Part shown: positions 24,466 to 39,243 of the stretch, piece after piece
Position numbering within the stretch: the stretch's first letter is position 1
How the letters are laid out: the number at the start of each line of letters is the position of its first letter
Origin: Dictyostelium discoideum
Taxonomy: Eukaryota
DNA: 64,000 nucleotides
Direction: 5' to 3'
Assembly: GCA_000004695.1 (NCBI GenBank)
Contig: CM000152.2
Coordinates: 5,568,001 to 5,632,000 of the forward strand
Position numbers and translations under genes: made by a program
Notes under the pieces: generated by a model
The model's database searches: none
Told to the model about the DNA's origin: nothing
What the model saw: the letters and a program-made list of their open reading frames with translations, nothing else

Positions 24466-25048
24466 ATGAAATTATTATATTGTTTATTATTAGTCATTTT
24501 GGCTTTAGTTGGTTTATCATCAGGTGCTAAGCCAAGTGATAAATTACAAATTGGTGTAAAATATCGTCCAGATGAATGCACTGTTAAAACTAAAAGTGGT
24601 GATAAATTAAAGATTCATTATACTGGTACTTTATTAAATGGAGACAAGTAGGTTATCATAGTTTTACATCATTATACATAGATATATATATAATACAAAA
24701 AAAAAAAAAAAAGAATATACTAAAATTTTTAATAACAATATTTAGATTTGATTCATCAGTTGACCGTGGAACACCATTCGAATTCAAAATAGGTGTTGGT
24801 CAAGTAATTAAAGGTTGGGATCAAGGTGTTTTAGGTATGTGTGTAGGTGAAAAGAGAAAATTAATAATCCCAGTAAGTATTTTTTTTTTTTTTTTTTTTT
24901 TTATTTATTATTTTATTTTGAAATAATTTCAATTTTACTAATTCATTAATAATAGCCAAGCCTTGGTTATGGTCAACAAGGAGCAGGTGATAAAATTCCA
25001 GGAAACTCTCATTTAATTTTTGATGTTGAATTAATTGGAATTAATTAA
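24466..25048 (+). CDS. FKBP-type peptidyl-prolyl cis-trans isomerase with N-terminal signal peptide (ER FKBP2/FKBP13-like). 3 exons, approx 24466..24647, 24746..24872, 24956..25048.
   Basis: [21 protein letters not shown]...[35 protein letters not shown] / [42 protein letters not shown] / [30 protein letters not shown]. This is canonical FKBP ([12 protein letters not shown]). Phases are consistent. Confidence 0.85.
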
Positions 25049-25105
25049 AAGAAACACAGTAATGATTTTTAATAATAAATTGAAAAAAATAAAAAAGAAC
25101 CCAAA

Positions 25106-25142
<37 letters not shown>

Positions 25143-25607
25143 AAAATAACAATTTATCTATTCAATTTTTTCCTTTTTTTTTTCCTCATAAGATTTACCC
25201 AATTTTTTTTTTTTTTTTTTTAATTAAATTGTTCAAATATTTTATTTTGTAATTCTTGGTGATTAAATTATTTGATTTATAATAATCTTTTCATTTGACC
25301 ACTTGGCACCACTTCTACAATTCTTAATTTCTAAATTCTTTTAAAATTTTAATTTTTTTTTTTTTTTTTGGACTTTACAACGAATAAAAAAAAAGCCAAA
25401 GAAAAATAAAATGAAAAAGTCTTTTTTTAGAATTTATTAACTTTTTTTTTTTTAGTTTCAAAGTGATAAAAAAATGAATAATAATAATAAAAATAATATT
25501 AATAATATTATTAAAAATATATAATACTTATATTAATAGTAAATTGTAAAATTATATAATAATTTTAATAATTATTTTATTTTTACAAACACTTGTTGGT
25601 TTGGATG

Positions 25608-25645
<38 letters not shown>

Positions 25646-25705
25646 TCATCCCACTCTTTTTATTATAAAAAATAAAAAAAAAAAAAAAAATGAGGCCAAC
25701 CAAGA

Positions 25706-25756
<51 letters not shown>

Positions 25757-25860
25757 TTTAATTTTTTAATTTTTTAATTTTTTAATTTTAAATTTATCCC
25801 ACTTTTTTTTTTCATTCCACAAGATTCTCTTTATAATATTTTAGTAATACTTTCTCTCAT

Positions 25861-25907
<47 letters not shown>

Positions 25908-25995
25908 GAGAAAGAGTTGCTAAATTTGTAATTATAGGAAAAACAAAAGAATTTTTTTTTTTATATTTGGGAAATTTATTTTTAATTAATTTATT

Positions 25996-26027
<32 letters not shown>

Positions 26028-26029
26028 AT

Positions 26030-26034
<5 letters not shown>

Positions 26035-26097
<63 letters not shown>
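26035..26097. repeat. (CA)n microsatellite (~31 units). An upstream (TTTA)n run lies immediately 5' of the P/Q-rich ORF.
   Basis: Uninterrupted cacaca... run following tttatttatttattta. Confidence 0.95.
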
Positions 26098-26101
<4 letters not shown>

Positions 26102-26138
26102 ATCAAGTTTAGATAAAAAAAAAAAAATAATAAATAAA

Positions 26139-26948
26139 ATGACAGATGTACCATCAAAACCACCACAAACAACTCCACCACCAAAACCAAAAAGTAGAGC
26201 ACCAACTACTATTTTTTCATCACCACCACAATTACCAGATAGATCATCATTAAATATTTCACATACAGCATCAACACCAACACTAACACCAACACCACTA
26301 CAACAACAACAAATTCATACAGATGGAAATTCACAACAACCAAAATCTTCACCACCACCATTACCAGAAAGACAATCCTTTTCAAATTCACCAAATAGAC
26401 AAACACAATCATTTATTCAAAAACCAGCTTTACCACCAAGAGATAGTCAATATAATACAATTAGTGGATCCACTGTTTTTAAAAGCAATAATAATATTAA
26501 TAATAATAATAATGATAGTCATATTATTACAAATGGAAATGCAAGTACTAGTTTTATTCAAGGAAATAGAGTAACTAGAGTTTTAAATACTAACAAATCC
26601 GAACCTATATTACAGCAACCACAACAATCACATTCACCACAACAACAACAACAACAACATACACCAAACCATCAACAACCATTATCGCCACAACAACAAA
26701 AAGATTTAGCTCAAAAAAGATCAACAATGCCATTACCACCAAGACCTAATAAAAATAGACCTTTACCAACACCAATAAGTCCTGAAAGTCATCCATTAAC
26801 AATAAATGAAGAAAATAGTATAACAGAGGACAAAGAACAACAACCACAACAATCAGCACCACCACAACCACAACTACAACAATCACAACAAAATACAGAT
26901 AATTCAAGAAAACCAATTGTTGCTCCACCAACCCCAACAATACAGTAA
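26139..26948 (+). CDS. Pro/Gln/Ser/Thr-rich low-complexity ORF (269 aa). It may be the 5' exon of the downstream DH-PH-FYVE RhoGEF (FGD proteins have Pro-rich N-termini), or a separate gene.
   Basis: MTDVPSKPPQTTPPPKPKSRAPTT...PPTPTIQ. A candidate GTAAAT donor overlaps the stop (ACA ATA CA|GTAAAT). A phase-compatible acceptor tatatttag|ACAAATT lies at ~27388, which would join in frame to QINKEAIAG.... Confidence 0.4.
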   Translation: MTDVPSKPPQTTPPPKPKSRAPTTIFSSPPQLPDRSSLNISHTASTPTLTPTPLQQQQIHTDGNSQQPKSSPPPLPERQSFSNSPNRQTQSFIQKPALPPRDSQYNTISGSTVFKSNNNINNNNNDSHIITNGNASTSFIQGNRVTRVLNTNKSEPILQQPQQSHSPQQQQQQHTPNHQQPLSPQQQKDLAQKRSTMPLPPRPNKNRPLPTPISPESHPLTINEENSITEDKEQQPQQSAPPQPQLQQSQQNTDNSRKPIVAPPTPTIQ

Positions 26949-27366
26949 ATATTCAATTTTATTTTCCTTTGTACTTTTTTTTTTTATTTGTTTACATAAT
27001 TTCAATCCCACCAAACACTCTATCTTTCCCCCTTTTTTTTTTTTATACACTTTTTAAAAGATATTTTTAAAAGTTACAAACCACAAACCACTCTTTTTTT
27101 TTTTTTCATACACAATTTTTAAAAATTTTATTACTAACTTTTCTTTTTTTTTTTTTTTTTTTTATTATTTTTTTTCTTTTTTTTTTTTATTCAAATCTTT
27201 ACACCATAAAATAATATATTATTTATTTATTTATTTATTTTTATTTTTATTTTTTTTTTATAATAATAATATATGACAAATATTTAAACATTTTATAAAA
27301 ACAAAATAATAATATCAAACCAATTGAAAAAAAAAAAAAAAAATTTTTTTAATTAAAATAACTACA

Positions 27367-29368
<2,002 letters not shown>

Positions 29369-30454
29369 GAAAAAAAAAAAAAAAAAAAAAAAAGCAATAA
29401 AAAAAAAACAAAAACAAAACAAAACAAATAAAAAAAAAATAATAATAATTCGAATGTTAACTAGTTAATTAGTCAAAAGGTTTAAAATAAAAATAAAAAT
29501 AAAAATAAAAAAATAAAATAAAAATAAAATTTTTTTATTATTAAAAATTATAAGGAGTTGGAATTTAAATTAATAATAATCAATGATTTAATTAATAAGA
29601 TAAATTAATCAAATTAATAAATATAAATTTAAATTCACATTTATTTAAAAAAATAAATATTTTCAATCGAAAATGGACTAGTGATAAATCAAAAAAAAAA
29701 AAAAAAAACTTAACAAAACAAACAAATAAAAAAATTAAAATAAATTAAAAAATTTTAAAAAAAAAAAAAAATATCAACCCATTTTAGGAACTATTATAAA
29801 TATGTATTTAATCATTGATAAAAAAATTAGTGTGGTGTTTTGTTTGATTAGTAATTTTTAAAAAAAAATAAAAAAATAAAAAAAATAAAAAATAAAAACA
29901 ATAAAAAGGTTATGATTACCTTTCTCATATATTCACCATTAAAAAAAATATGATGTTTTTTATAATTCCATTGTTTAAAATACATTTTTATTATCAGATT
30001 GAATTATTTATTGTTTACTATAATTGTCGTCACTTCAAGAAAAAAAAAAAAAACCTTTTAAATATATATATGTGTCTTTTAAAAAATTAAAATATAATAT
30101 ATATATATATATATATATTATTAATTAAATATTATTTTTATTTTTTATTTTTATTTAATTTAATTTAATTTAATTTTTTTTTTTTTTTTTTTAAAACTTA
30201 TAATTTTGTTTCTTTAAATTTTTAGGAATAGTATTTTTTAGTTTTTTTAATTATTTGATATCTTTTTGATTGATTTATCTTTTTTATATTTTATTACCCC
30301 AAAAATTTATAAAAGTTTTTAAATTCTAAAAAGTTATATTAATTTATTTGTATTTATAAAATATAAAAAAAAAAAAAAAAAAAAAATGGTATGTGTTTAA
30401 TTTTTAGTTTTTTTTAACCAGTATTAATATTATTATAATTCATTTTCAAAATTA

Positions 30455-30612
<158 letters not shown>

Positions 30613-30818
30613 GCAGACCTTTTTTTTTTAAAAAAAAAAATTTATTGTAATTGTGAAAAAAAAAAAAAAAAAGTACACAAACTTGTTTTTTTAATTTTAT
30701 TGTTAAATATTTTTTTTTTAAAAAAATAATAAAAGAAATAAAGATAGGTAATTTTGTTTTAACAAATAATAAAAAAAAAAAACAAAACTATATTTTTCAT
30801 TTTTATAATTACCATATT

Positions 30819-30861
<43 letters not shown>

Positions 30862-31290
30862 ATACAAATCTTTGATCCTAAACATTTGAATATAAAATGT
30901 ATTTAGATAGAAATAAAATGTATTTAGATAGAAATAATGTATCATCAATAATGCTATTTTTTATAAAAAAAAAAAACAAATTAACCCATTTACATAAAAA
31001 TGTGGTTTTGTTTTAATTGTATTTAGAAAAAAAAAAAAAAAAAGTGTGAAAATAACAATAAGAATATTTATATTTTTCATTCTTTATTTGGATGTGGAGT
31101 TTTGTTTATATTTTTTTATATTTTATTTTATTTTATTTTATTTTGTTTTATTTTATTTTATTTTATTTTATTTTATTTTATTTTATATTTTGTTTTTTTT
31201 TTTTTTTTTTTTTTTTTCATTATTTGTTAAGAAAAAAGATAATTATAAATAATAAAAATAAAAAATTAACAAATTATAATTACTATATAG

Positions 31291-31878
31291 GTAAAATTAT
31301 CCCAACAAGATCTCGAAAATTTTGCCCTATTTGAATCAGTATTAAAACCAGTTAACGATCCTAAACAAAAACCAGAACAATATATATCATCAATTGAAAG
31401 TAGTGGTATGCCAAAAAAAGAAGTAGTAATGAATAAATTTAGATCCTCAACTACATATGAATACGTTATTGAAAATAGTGTAATTATTACTTTATTTTAA
31501 TTATTTTTATTATTTTTATAAAATATTAATATCATATTTGATAATTTAATTTAGCCACCACCAAAAATCTTTGTAAATAATGAAAGTAAAAATGAAAACA
31601 ACAATAATAATGATAATAGTAATAATAACAATAAAAACAATAATAATAATTACTCTACCAATACAAAGCCAAGATCAAAATCATGTCCACCAGCTAAAGA
31701 ATTACCATGTAACAACTGTAAAAGAATGAGTCCAATTGATTTATTGGAACCATGTGAAAGATGTGGAAATGGATGTTATTGTTCAGAAGAGTGTCAGTAT
31801 TAAAATTGGATATCACATCGTAAAAATTGTAAATCAGTTTGTAAGGTTGTGAAAATGTCTAGAAATAATAGTTTTTAA
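31291..31878 (+). CDS. MYND-type zinc-finger protein. 2 visible exons, approx 31291..31479, 31555..31878. An in-frame TAA at 31801-31803 lies inside the MYND finger. The 5' exon(s) were not found.
   Basis: VKLSQQDLENFALFESVLKPVNDPKQKPEQYISSIESSGMPKKEVVMNKFRSSTTYEYVIENS / PPPKIFVNNESKNE(N)n...SCPPAKELPCNNCKRMSPIDLLEPCERCGNGCYCSEECQY*NWISHRKNCKSVCKVVKMSRNNSF*. Apart from the stop this fits the MYND consensus C-x2-C-x9-C-x2-C-x5-YCS-x2-CQ-x3-W-x2-H(R/K)-x2-C. The stop occupies a position that is normally a sense codon. Confidence 0.5.
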
Positions 31879-32016
31879 TGATTAAAATAAAAAGTAATAT
31901 TTGAAAAGTCTATTTATTTATTAAAAAATCTTTGTGGATCTTAATTTTTTATTATTTTTGTCAAGATATTTTTTTTTTTTTTAACAAATTTTTTTTTCTT
32001 TTTTTATAATACTTTG

Positions 32017-32050
<34 letters not shown>

Positions 32051-32627
32051 ATTATGTCGTTAATGAACATCTGTGTTATCAAAAAAAAAACATTGTGGTG
32101 GAATTTTTTTTTTTCAGTAGGAAGGAATATTAAAAATTTATTAATAGAATGATTGTTTGTGACTTTTAAAAAAAAAATAAAAAAAAAGGTCAAAAAATAA
32201 ACCTAAAAATAATCTACAGATCCATTTTGATTATTTTTTTAAGTTTTTTATTTATAATGAAAAAAAGTTTTTTCTATTTTTTCAAACAATTTTTTGTTGG
32301 CACTTTTGAGAATTTTGTGAGTCATATGTTGATCATTTTTTGTGTGGAAAAAAAAAATTATGTCGAAAAGTTGCGACGTTATTTTAATTTTATTTATTTT
32401 TATTTTTTTTTTTTTTTTTCTTTTTTTTTTTTTTAGAATGCATAAAATAATTTGGTGGCCACCATAATGTCAGAGATTCTTCAGAGTCATAATTTGACCC
32501 TTGATTGCAAGGAAAAATTAGAAAATGTAGTGTTGCTAAAAAAGAAAGAAACTTAACTTTTTTTTTTTATTTTTCTTTTGTTAATTTTTATAAAATAACC
32601 CATTTTTTTTTTTTTTTATTTAAAGAA

Positions 32628-32660
<33 letters not shown>

Positions 32661-32739
32661 CTTTTGTTAATTTTTATAAAATAAAATAATATTAAAATAA
32701 AAAAAAAATAAATAAAAAAAAGATACAAACTAAATAATT

Positions 32740-32834
32740 ATGCCCTTTTTAAAGAAAAAAAATAATAATTTCGAAAACGATTATCTCAAAATGCCAATAT
32801 TTAGTTCATTTAAAAAATTTGATTTAAATAATAA

Positions 32835-32865
<31 letters not shown>

Positions 32866-32946
32866 AATAATATTAATAATAATATTAATAATAATAATAA
32901 TAATAATAATAACAATAATAATAATAATTGCAATATGAATAATTTA

Positions 32947-32978
<32 letters not shown>

Positions 32979-33411
32979 TAATAATAATAATAATAATATT
33001 GAAAATAATAAAATTAAAAATTGGAAAGTTTTTAGTGATCATTTAATTAATGAGGGATTTTCAATGAGTTCAGTTGTCGATATAGAAAGTGGTGAAGTTT
33101 CATCAGGATTTTCAATTATTGGATACCATGAATTACAAGAAATTTTAAAATTATTATCAGGAAAATTTACCATCAGCATAAATTTATTATCAAGACGTTA
33201 TTTTATTGTAATGCAAAGTGAATTCTTTGTGTCAGGTCATGATTCAAATACCTCATCATTCTTAATACGTAGAACAAATAATAAATTAATTATTGGCACA
33301 TTTGAATTTGGTAAATTAACAATGGATAAAGCTCATCAAATCATAAATGACATTTATACTCAAATTACAAATTCAGACAAAGGAGAAATAGTTTCAAATT
33401 TATTTATTTAA
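32740..33411 (+). CDS. Profilin-like domain protein, paralog 3 (223 aa), with a poly-Asn N-terminal extension. Single exon.
   Basis: MPFLKKKNNN...(N)n...WKVFSDHLINEGFSMSSVVDIESGEVSSGFSIIGYHELQEILKLLSGKF...RRYFIVMQSEFFVSGHDSNTSSFLIRRTNNKLIIGTFEF...INDIYTQI. It has the same fold signature as 15350..15949 and 16485..17237. Confidence 0.65.
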
Positions 33412-33673
33412 TTATAAAATTTTTTTAAAACCATTTCAAAATGTGAAAAAAAAAAAAAAAAAAAAAAAAAAATAATATATTTATATTGTAAAGTAGTCAA
33501 ATAAAATAAAATAAAAAAATACAACTCGAATTGAGTTATATATATTTAACCAATCAAAAACGTGTTCGTTTAATTTTATTGTTTTTTTTTTTTGTTAATG
33601 ATAATCCAATTCTATTTTCCTTTTTTTTTTTTTTTTTAAACAATCACCACCAATTTAAGTTTTATTGACTTGA

Positions 33674-33972
33674 TTAGGAGAGCTTATTCCAATCAGAGAT
33701 TTCTAAATTATTATTGAACTGTTTTTTCTTATTATTGCCAACTTGAGAGCTAGTTCCTTTTTTGCTTTTGAATACGATTCCGTTGAAGTTACTATTATTG
33801 TTATTATTATTATTATTATTATTATTGTAGTTGTTTTGATTTGAGAAGTTGTGGTTCATATTACTATTATTATTGTTATTGTTATTATTAAAACCATTAT
33901 CATTAAAATTTTGGTGAGAATCATCCTCAAATCTTCTTTTTTTAAGGCTATTGTCATTAAAATTTTGAATGG

Positions 33973-34003
<31 letters not shown>

Positions 34004-35090
34004 GTGGGTGTTGCTAAAGTTATTCATATTATTGTTCCTGTATTGATTATTCATATTGTTGCTCTGACAGATATTGTTGTTCATATTCGGATTATTATTG
34101 TTATTCATATTATTGTTATTGTTCATATTCATGTTAGTGTTACAATTGTTAGAGTTCATATTGTTATTATTATTATTATTTTAAATGTTATTATTATTAT
34201 TATTATTATTAAGTTGGTTATTAAATAAGTGATCTATATGTTGAATTTGATTATTTTCGTTTCCTATAGTCATTGTATGATAGTTGTTATTGTTACAAAG
34301 ATTATTGTTCATTGGATTATTAAAATCATTNNNNNNNNNNNNNNNNNNNNNNNNNNNNNNNNNNNNNNNNNNNNNNNNNNNNNNNNNNNNNNNNNNNNNN
34401 NNNNNNNNNNNNNNNNNNNNNNNNNNNNNNTATTCATACTATTATTATTCATATTATTATTCATATTATTATTATTATTATTCATATTATTCATATTCAT
34501 ATTATTATTATTATTCATATTATTATTCATACTATTATTATTATTATTCATATTATTATTATTCATACTATTATTATTATTATTCATACTATTATTATTA
34601 TTATTCATGTTATTATTCATACTATTATTACTGTTATTATTATTATTATAATTTAAAGGTGAAGAATTTAAAGAAGAAGGTGAAGACTGATTAGTTTTAT
34701 TAATATTAGTACCAGAATTTACGGAAGAGACAAATTTAAAAATATCTTGAAGGGAAGAAGACTTTTCTAGAGAGAACAAGTTGTAGATCTTGTTAAAGCT
34801 ATAAAAATAATGTGTATGCTTAAGTGTTTGCATCAAGGAGGCCATATTGGGATCACCAATAGTAAAAAACAAACGCTCCATTGAATCTAATAATCTATTT
34901 GCGTCATCGATTGAAAATGGACGTTGATGAGCCCAGGAATTTCTAAAATTATATATTTCATGTAAAAGATTTCTCAATTGAATAAAATCATCTGAAAAGA
35001 AAGAATTCAACATATATTTGTGGAAAAATTGAATAATACAAGATAAATCCCAACTTTCAAAATTTAAAATATTATTACTGTTATTGTTAC

Positions 35091-35181
<91 letters not shown>

Positions 35182-35475
35182 GTTATTATTATTATTGCCA
35201 TTTGATTTTGTCCTATTCTGTATTATAGTTTGTTGATTTATAATTTGTTTTTTTAAATCTTTTATCATATCACTGGTTATTGAAAAATCTTCTTTCGAAG
35301 AGGAAACGAAACCCATATCTAGGTCATTTTCATTTATAACAAATTTAGAATCTGAGCCGATACAATCTGATAGTTTAGAAATTAAAAAATCTCTACATAA
35401 ACTTAAAGATTTGCCTACAATAAGTTGGTTTGAACCAATTCCAAACTCGTCTAAATTATTTAATGTCAACTCCAT
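33674..35475 (-). CDS. Asn/Met-rich protein with a conserved central domain carrying an HEPN-like Rx4-6H (RNxxAH) motif. The gene spans the 100-N assembly gap, and an in-frame TAA at ~34183 near the gap separates two co-framed ORF segments.
   Basis: MELTLNNLDEFGIGSNQLIVGKSLSLCRDFLISKL...(N)n...ESWDLSCIIQFFHKYMLNSFFSDDFIQLRNLLHEIYNFRNSWAHQRPFSIDDANRLLDSMERLFFTIGD.... Poly-N/M continues on both sides of the gap. Downstream, NDFNNPMNNNL...[14 protein letters not shown]... runs in one frame. Confidence 0.5.
34331..34430. other. Assembly gap (100 N).
   Basis: Run of exactly 100 n characters inside an (AAT/ATT)n-rich coding region. The conventional gap length makes frame continuity across it meaningless. 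Confidence 0.99.
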
Positions 35476-35521
35476 TTCTATATTTTCGATTTTATTTATT
35501 TGTTTATTTGTTTATTATTAT

Positions 35522-35555
<34 letters not shown>

Positions 35556-35573
35556 TGTACAATAACTTTAGAG

Positions 35574-35604
<31 letters not shown>

Positions 35605-36393
35605 AATAATAAAATTTAATAAAATTTAATGAAACTTAATGATATTAATTATTTTTCTTAAAAATATAACCTTAACTCTCTTTTTTTTTTTTTGTTTTTT
35701 TTGTTTTTTATTTTCCTTCTAAACTCTCCTCTTAAAAAAATAAAAAAAATCTTAAATGAAGCTTATTAAATAACTTATTAAATAATATAGGTATATACTT
35801 ATTTTATTATATTAAGTGTATATACATGTATTATTATTATTGTTGTTATTAATAATAATATTATCACAATAATTGTTATTAAATAAAAAGAGTGTGGTTT
35901 TTTTTTTTTTTTTTTAATATGTAAAGAATTCCCTATTAAATTTCTTTTTTTTAATTTTATTGAAATATGAAAAAAAAAATCAATATTGGGTAGAAATAAA
36001 TAAATTGTTTCCTAAATGAATCTCTTACAATATATATTTTTTTTTCTTTACTTTTATTTATAAAATAAACTATTTTTTTTTTTTATATTTAAATATATTA
36101 GTGTACACCAATTATTGAATGAAAACAAACGGTTTGTCTATATGTTAACAAAATTGAAAAAAAAAAAAAAGAAAAAAAAAATTATATTTTTTTTAAAAAA
36201 AAAAAAAAAATTAAAAATAATTAAAAAATAACTTGCGGGTGAAAAAAATAATTAAAATAAAATAAAAAATAAAATTTAAAAAAAAAAAGTGCAACAAAAC
36301 CCAAAACAGATTTTTTTTTTTTTTTTTTTTTTTTTGCGTTTGGAAAGAATATATAAATATTTTTTTATTTTTTCCTATTAAGTTTTTATTTAA

Positions 36394-36612
36394 TTAGTAT
36401 GGAGTAAATCTTTTTTTTTGAAAATTTCCATTATTTAAGGAGTTCGGATAATTAAAATATAATTGTTGGGGTTGAAGTTGTTGTTGTTGCTGTAAAAGTT
36501 GTAAATATGTATTATCCATTGGTAAATTTCCATTAAAGTTATTAAAATTATTATTGGTATTATTATTTAAATAATTTAAAAATTGTTGTTGTAATAATTG
36601 TTTTTGTTGTTG

Positions 36613-36654
<42 letters not shown>

Positions 36655-38049
36655 TAGTTGGTTATAATGTACACTTGAGTTTTTATAATGTTGGGGAATA
36701 TGAGGATTAAAAGATGTACTTCCAAATAGATTCCCATTATTTATATTATTTAAATTATTAAAACTATTATTTAAATTATTCAAATTATTTTTTTGATTAT
36801 TGGAAATTCTTTGTAATTTTCTTTGAATCTTATCGGATCTTAATTTTTTATCTATTGGTTTTGCAAAACTTAATGACAAAACCTTACCATTTATATTTAT
36901 TGGTTTTTCTTCATGTATTCTTAAAATTTCTTCGGCCAATTCTCTAGTTTTTAAATGAACAAAAGCATAATCTCTTTTTGAATTATTTAAACTATTATTA
37001 TTATTATTAATATTATTATTATTTAAATTATTATTTAAATTATTAATAATTTCTAATGTTGGAGCACCTTGAGGTATTATTATTTTTTCGATTATATCAT
37101 CTTTGTTATTGTTATTATTATTTAAAAGTGATAAAGAATTTTCTTGAATTATATCATTAATTATTTTTGTAATTGATAGGTCGTTTCTATGATTTAATGG
37201 TAAATTTCTAATATAAATTGCTTTAATTTCTTTATTTTCCAATGGATCATTTTGAGGATCTAAAGTTGTAGGATCAGGATCTGACCAATTCACAGTGAGA
37301 GTAGTAATATAATCACCCAATTTTACAGTTGAAGCTGTTAAAATTCTACGAGCAGTATCGGCTAAATAATGATCTTGATATTCGATGAAAGCAAAACCTC
37401 TATTTTTATTTGGTTGGTCTGGTGACATTAAGAAATCGATTGATTCAATACCTTCAGTTTTTTCATTAAATATTGAAATGAATTGTTCCTTTGATAGATC
37501 TTTTGGTAAATTACCAATGAATAGTTTACGTTTGTTCTCGGATTGTTTAACTTCAATGATTTTACCTTTAATCGATTTACCATTTAATTTATCAATAACA
37601 TTTCTACACATTGATCTATCATTAAAAAGAACGAAACCAAATCCTTTACTCTCACCAGTTAATTTATCTTTCATTAATCTAATTTCCAATACATTATTAT
37701 CACTATTTTCATTGAAAATTTCTAATAACTCTTCTTCATTAACAGTTTTATTTACACCACCAAAAAATATTTCATTATTTGCATTTCTTTGACTTTTACT
37801 AATACTATTATTATTATTATTGATTGAAATGTTATTATCACCATCTTTAATTAAAGTACTTGTTGATGGTAATTTTTTATTTTTAGATTCTGGTGATCCA
37901 TTTGTTGAAATGGAAGTTGAAGTTGATTTTATATCATCATTTAATAAATTCTCTTCAATTAAATTATTATTACTAATTAATGACGAAGTTGGTGAACGAT
38001 CTGATGATGATAAAACACTTTCTTCATCACTCTGTGTATAAAAACCCAT
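36394..38049 (-). CDS. hnRNP R/Q (SYNCRIP/A1CF)-family RNA-binding protein with three RRMs and Asn/Gln-rich tails. A possible extra 5' mini-exon lies at ~38338..38306 (MPSSTSSTDSI|GTATGT) splicing to acacag at ~38031.
   Basis: RRM1: IFFGGVNKTVNEEELLEIF...KGFGFVLFNDRSMCRNVI. RRM2: KLFIGNLPKDLSKEQF...NRGFAFIEYQDHYLADTARRIL....LTVNWSDPD, which is diagnostic of the hnRNP R/Q/ACF subfamily (NRGFCFLEYEDHKTAAQARRRL...VEWADP). RRM3: AIYIRNLP...RDYAFVHLKTRELAEEIL. Confidence 0.8.
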
Positions 38050-38729
38050 ATATTTTAAAATTTTTATAATTATTGATACAAATAAAAATACAATTTAAAA
38101 TTAATAACATATAAATAAATTTAAAAAATATATAATAATATATATTTATTTTTAAAAAATTAGTTATTAAATAATAAAAAAAAAAAAAAAAAAAATTTCC
38201 AACACTTTTTTTATTTTTTTATTTTTTTAAGATAATTAAATTTTAAATTTTTTAAGAAATATTATTTTTTTTTTTTTATATTTAAGTGAAAATTATTATA
38301 GAAACATACAATTGAGTCGGTTGAAGATGTAGAGGATGGCATTTTTTTGGAATAGTTTTAAAATTCCAATAAATGAATTAACTTGAATATTTGGGATGAT
38401 TTGTAAATTTAAAAATAATAAAAACAATAATAATAATCTAGTATGGTGAATTATAATAATAATAAAAAAATATATATTTATATTTATATAAATAAAAAGA
38501 TAATTATTGTAAAAAAAAAAAAAAAGATTTTATTAAAAAAAAAAAATATTCCTTAAATTAATTTTTTTTTTTTTTTTTAAATTGACACACATTACGTGGA
38601 TTTTTTAAAACATCTTAAAATGGTGTTATTATATTATAATTCACTTCATTGTTTTTTTACCACTTAAAAGTTATCGTGTATTTTGTTTTTACCATTTTAG
38701 TTAAATTGAAAAACATAATTATACACAAA

Positions 38730-38768
<39 letters not shown>

Positions 38769-39243
38769 ACTAATTCGTGAAAATACCACACAATAGTTTT
38801 TTTTTTTTTAACAAAAAAACGAATTTATTTCCTTTTTTGAAATTTCTTTTACCCCCAAAAAAATAAAAAAATAAAATAAAATAAAATAAAATAAAATAAA
38901 ATAAAATCCCCCAATGATATAATTGATTTTCGCAATTCAAGTTTACGCATATGTGGGAATTCAAATTTTGAAATTAGTCAAAAAAAAAAAAAAAAAAAAC
39001 TAACTTTGTAAAAGATGGTCATGATGGTATATAAAAAAAAATAAAAAAAAAAAAAAAAAAAAAAATTAATAATTAATAATTAAAATTTGACACTTAAATA
39101 TACATAAAATGATTTTGAGTTCTCTATTTTATTTACTAAATTCATATTAAAAAAAAATAAAATTAAATGATTATTAAAAAAAAATAAAAAAAAATATTAT
39201 TTTTTTTTTTTTTTGTTTTATTTATTTTTTTTTGGTGGGGAAT

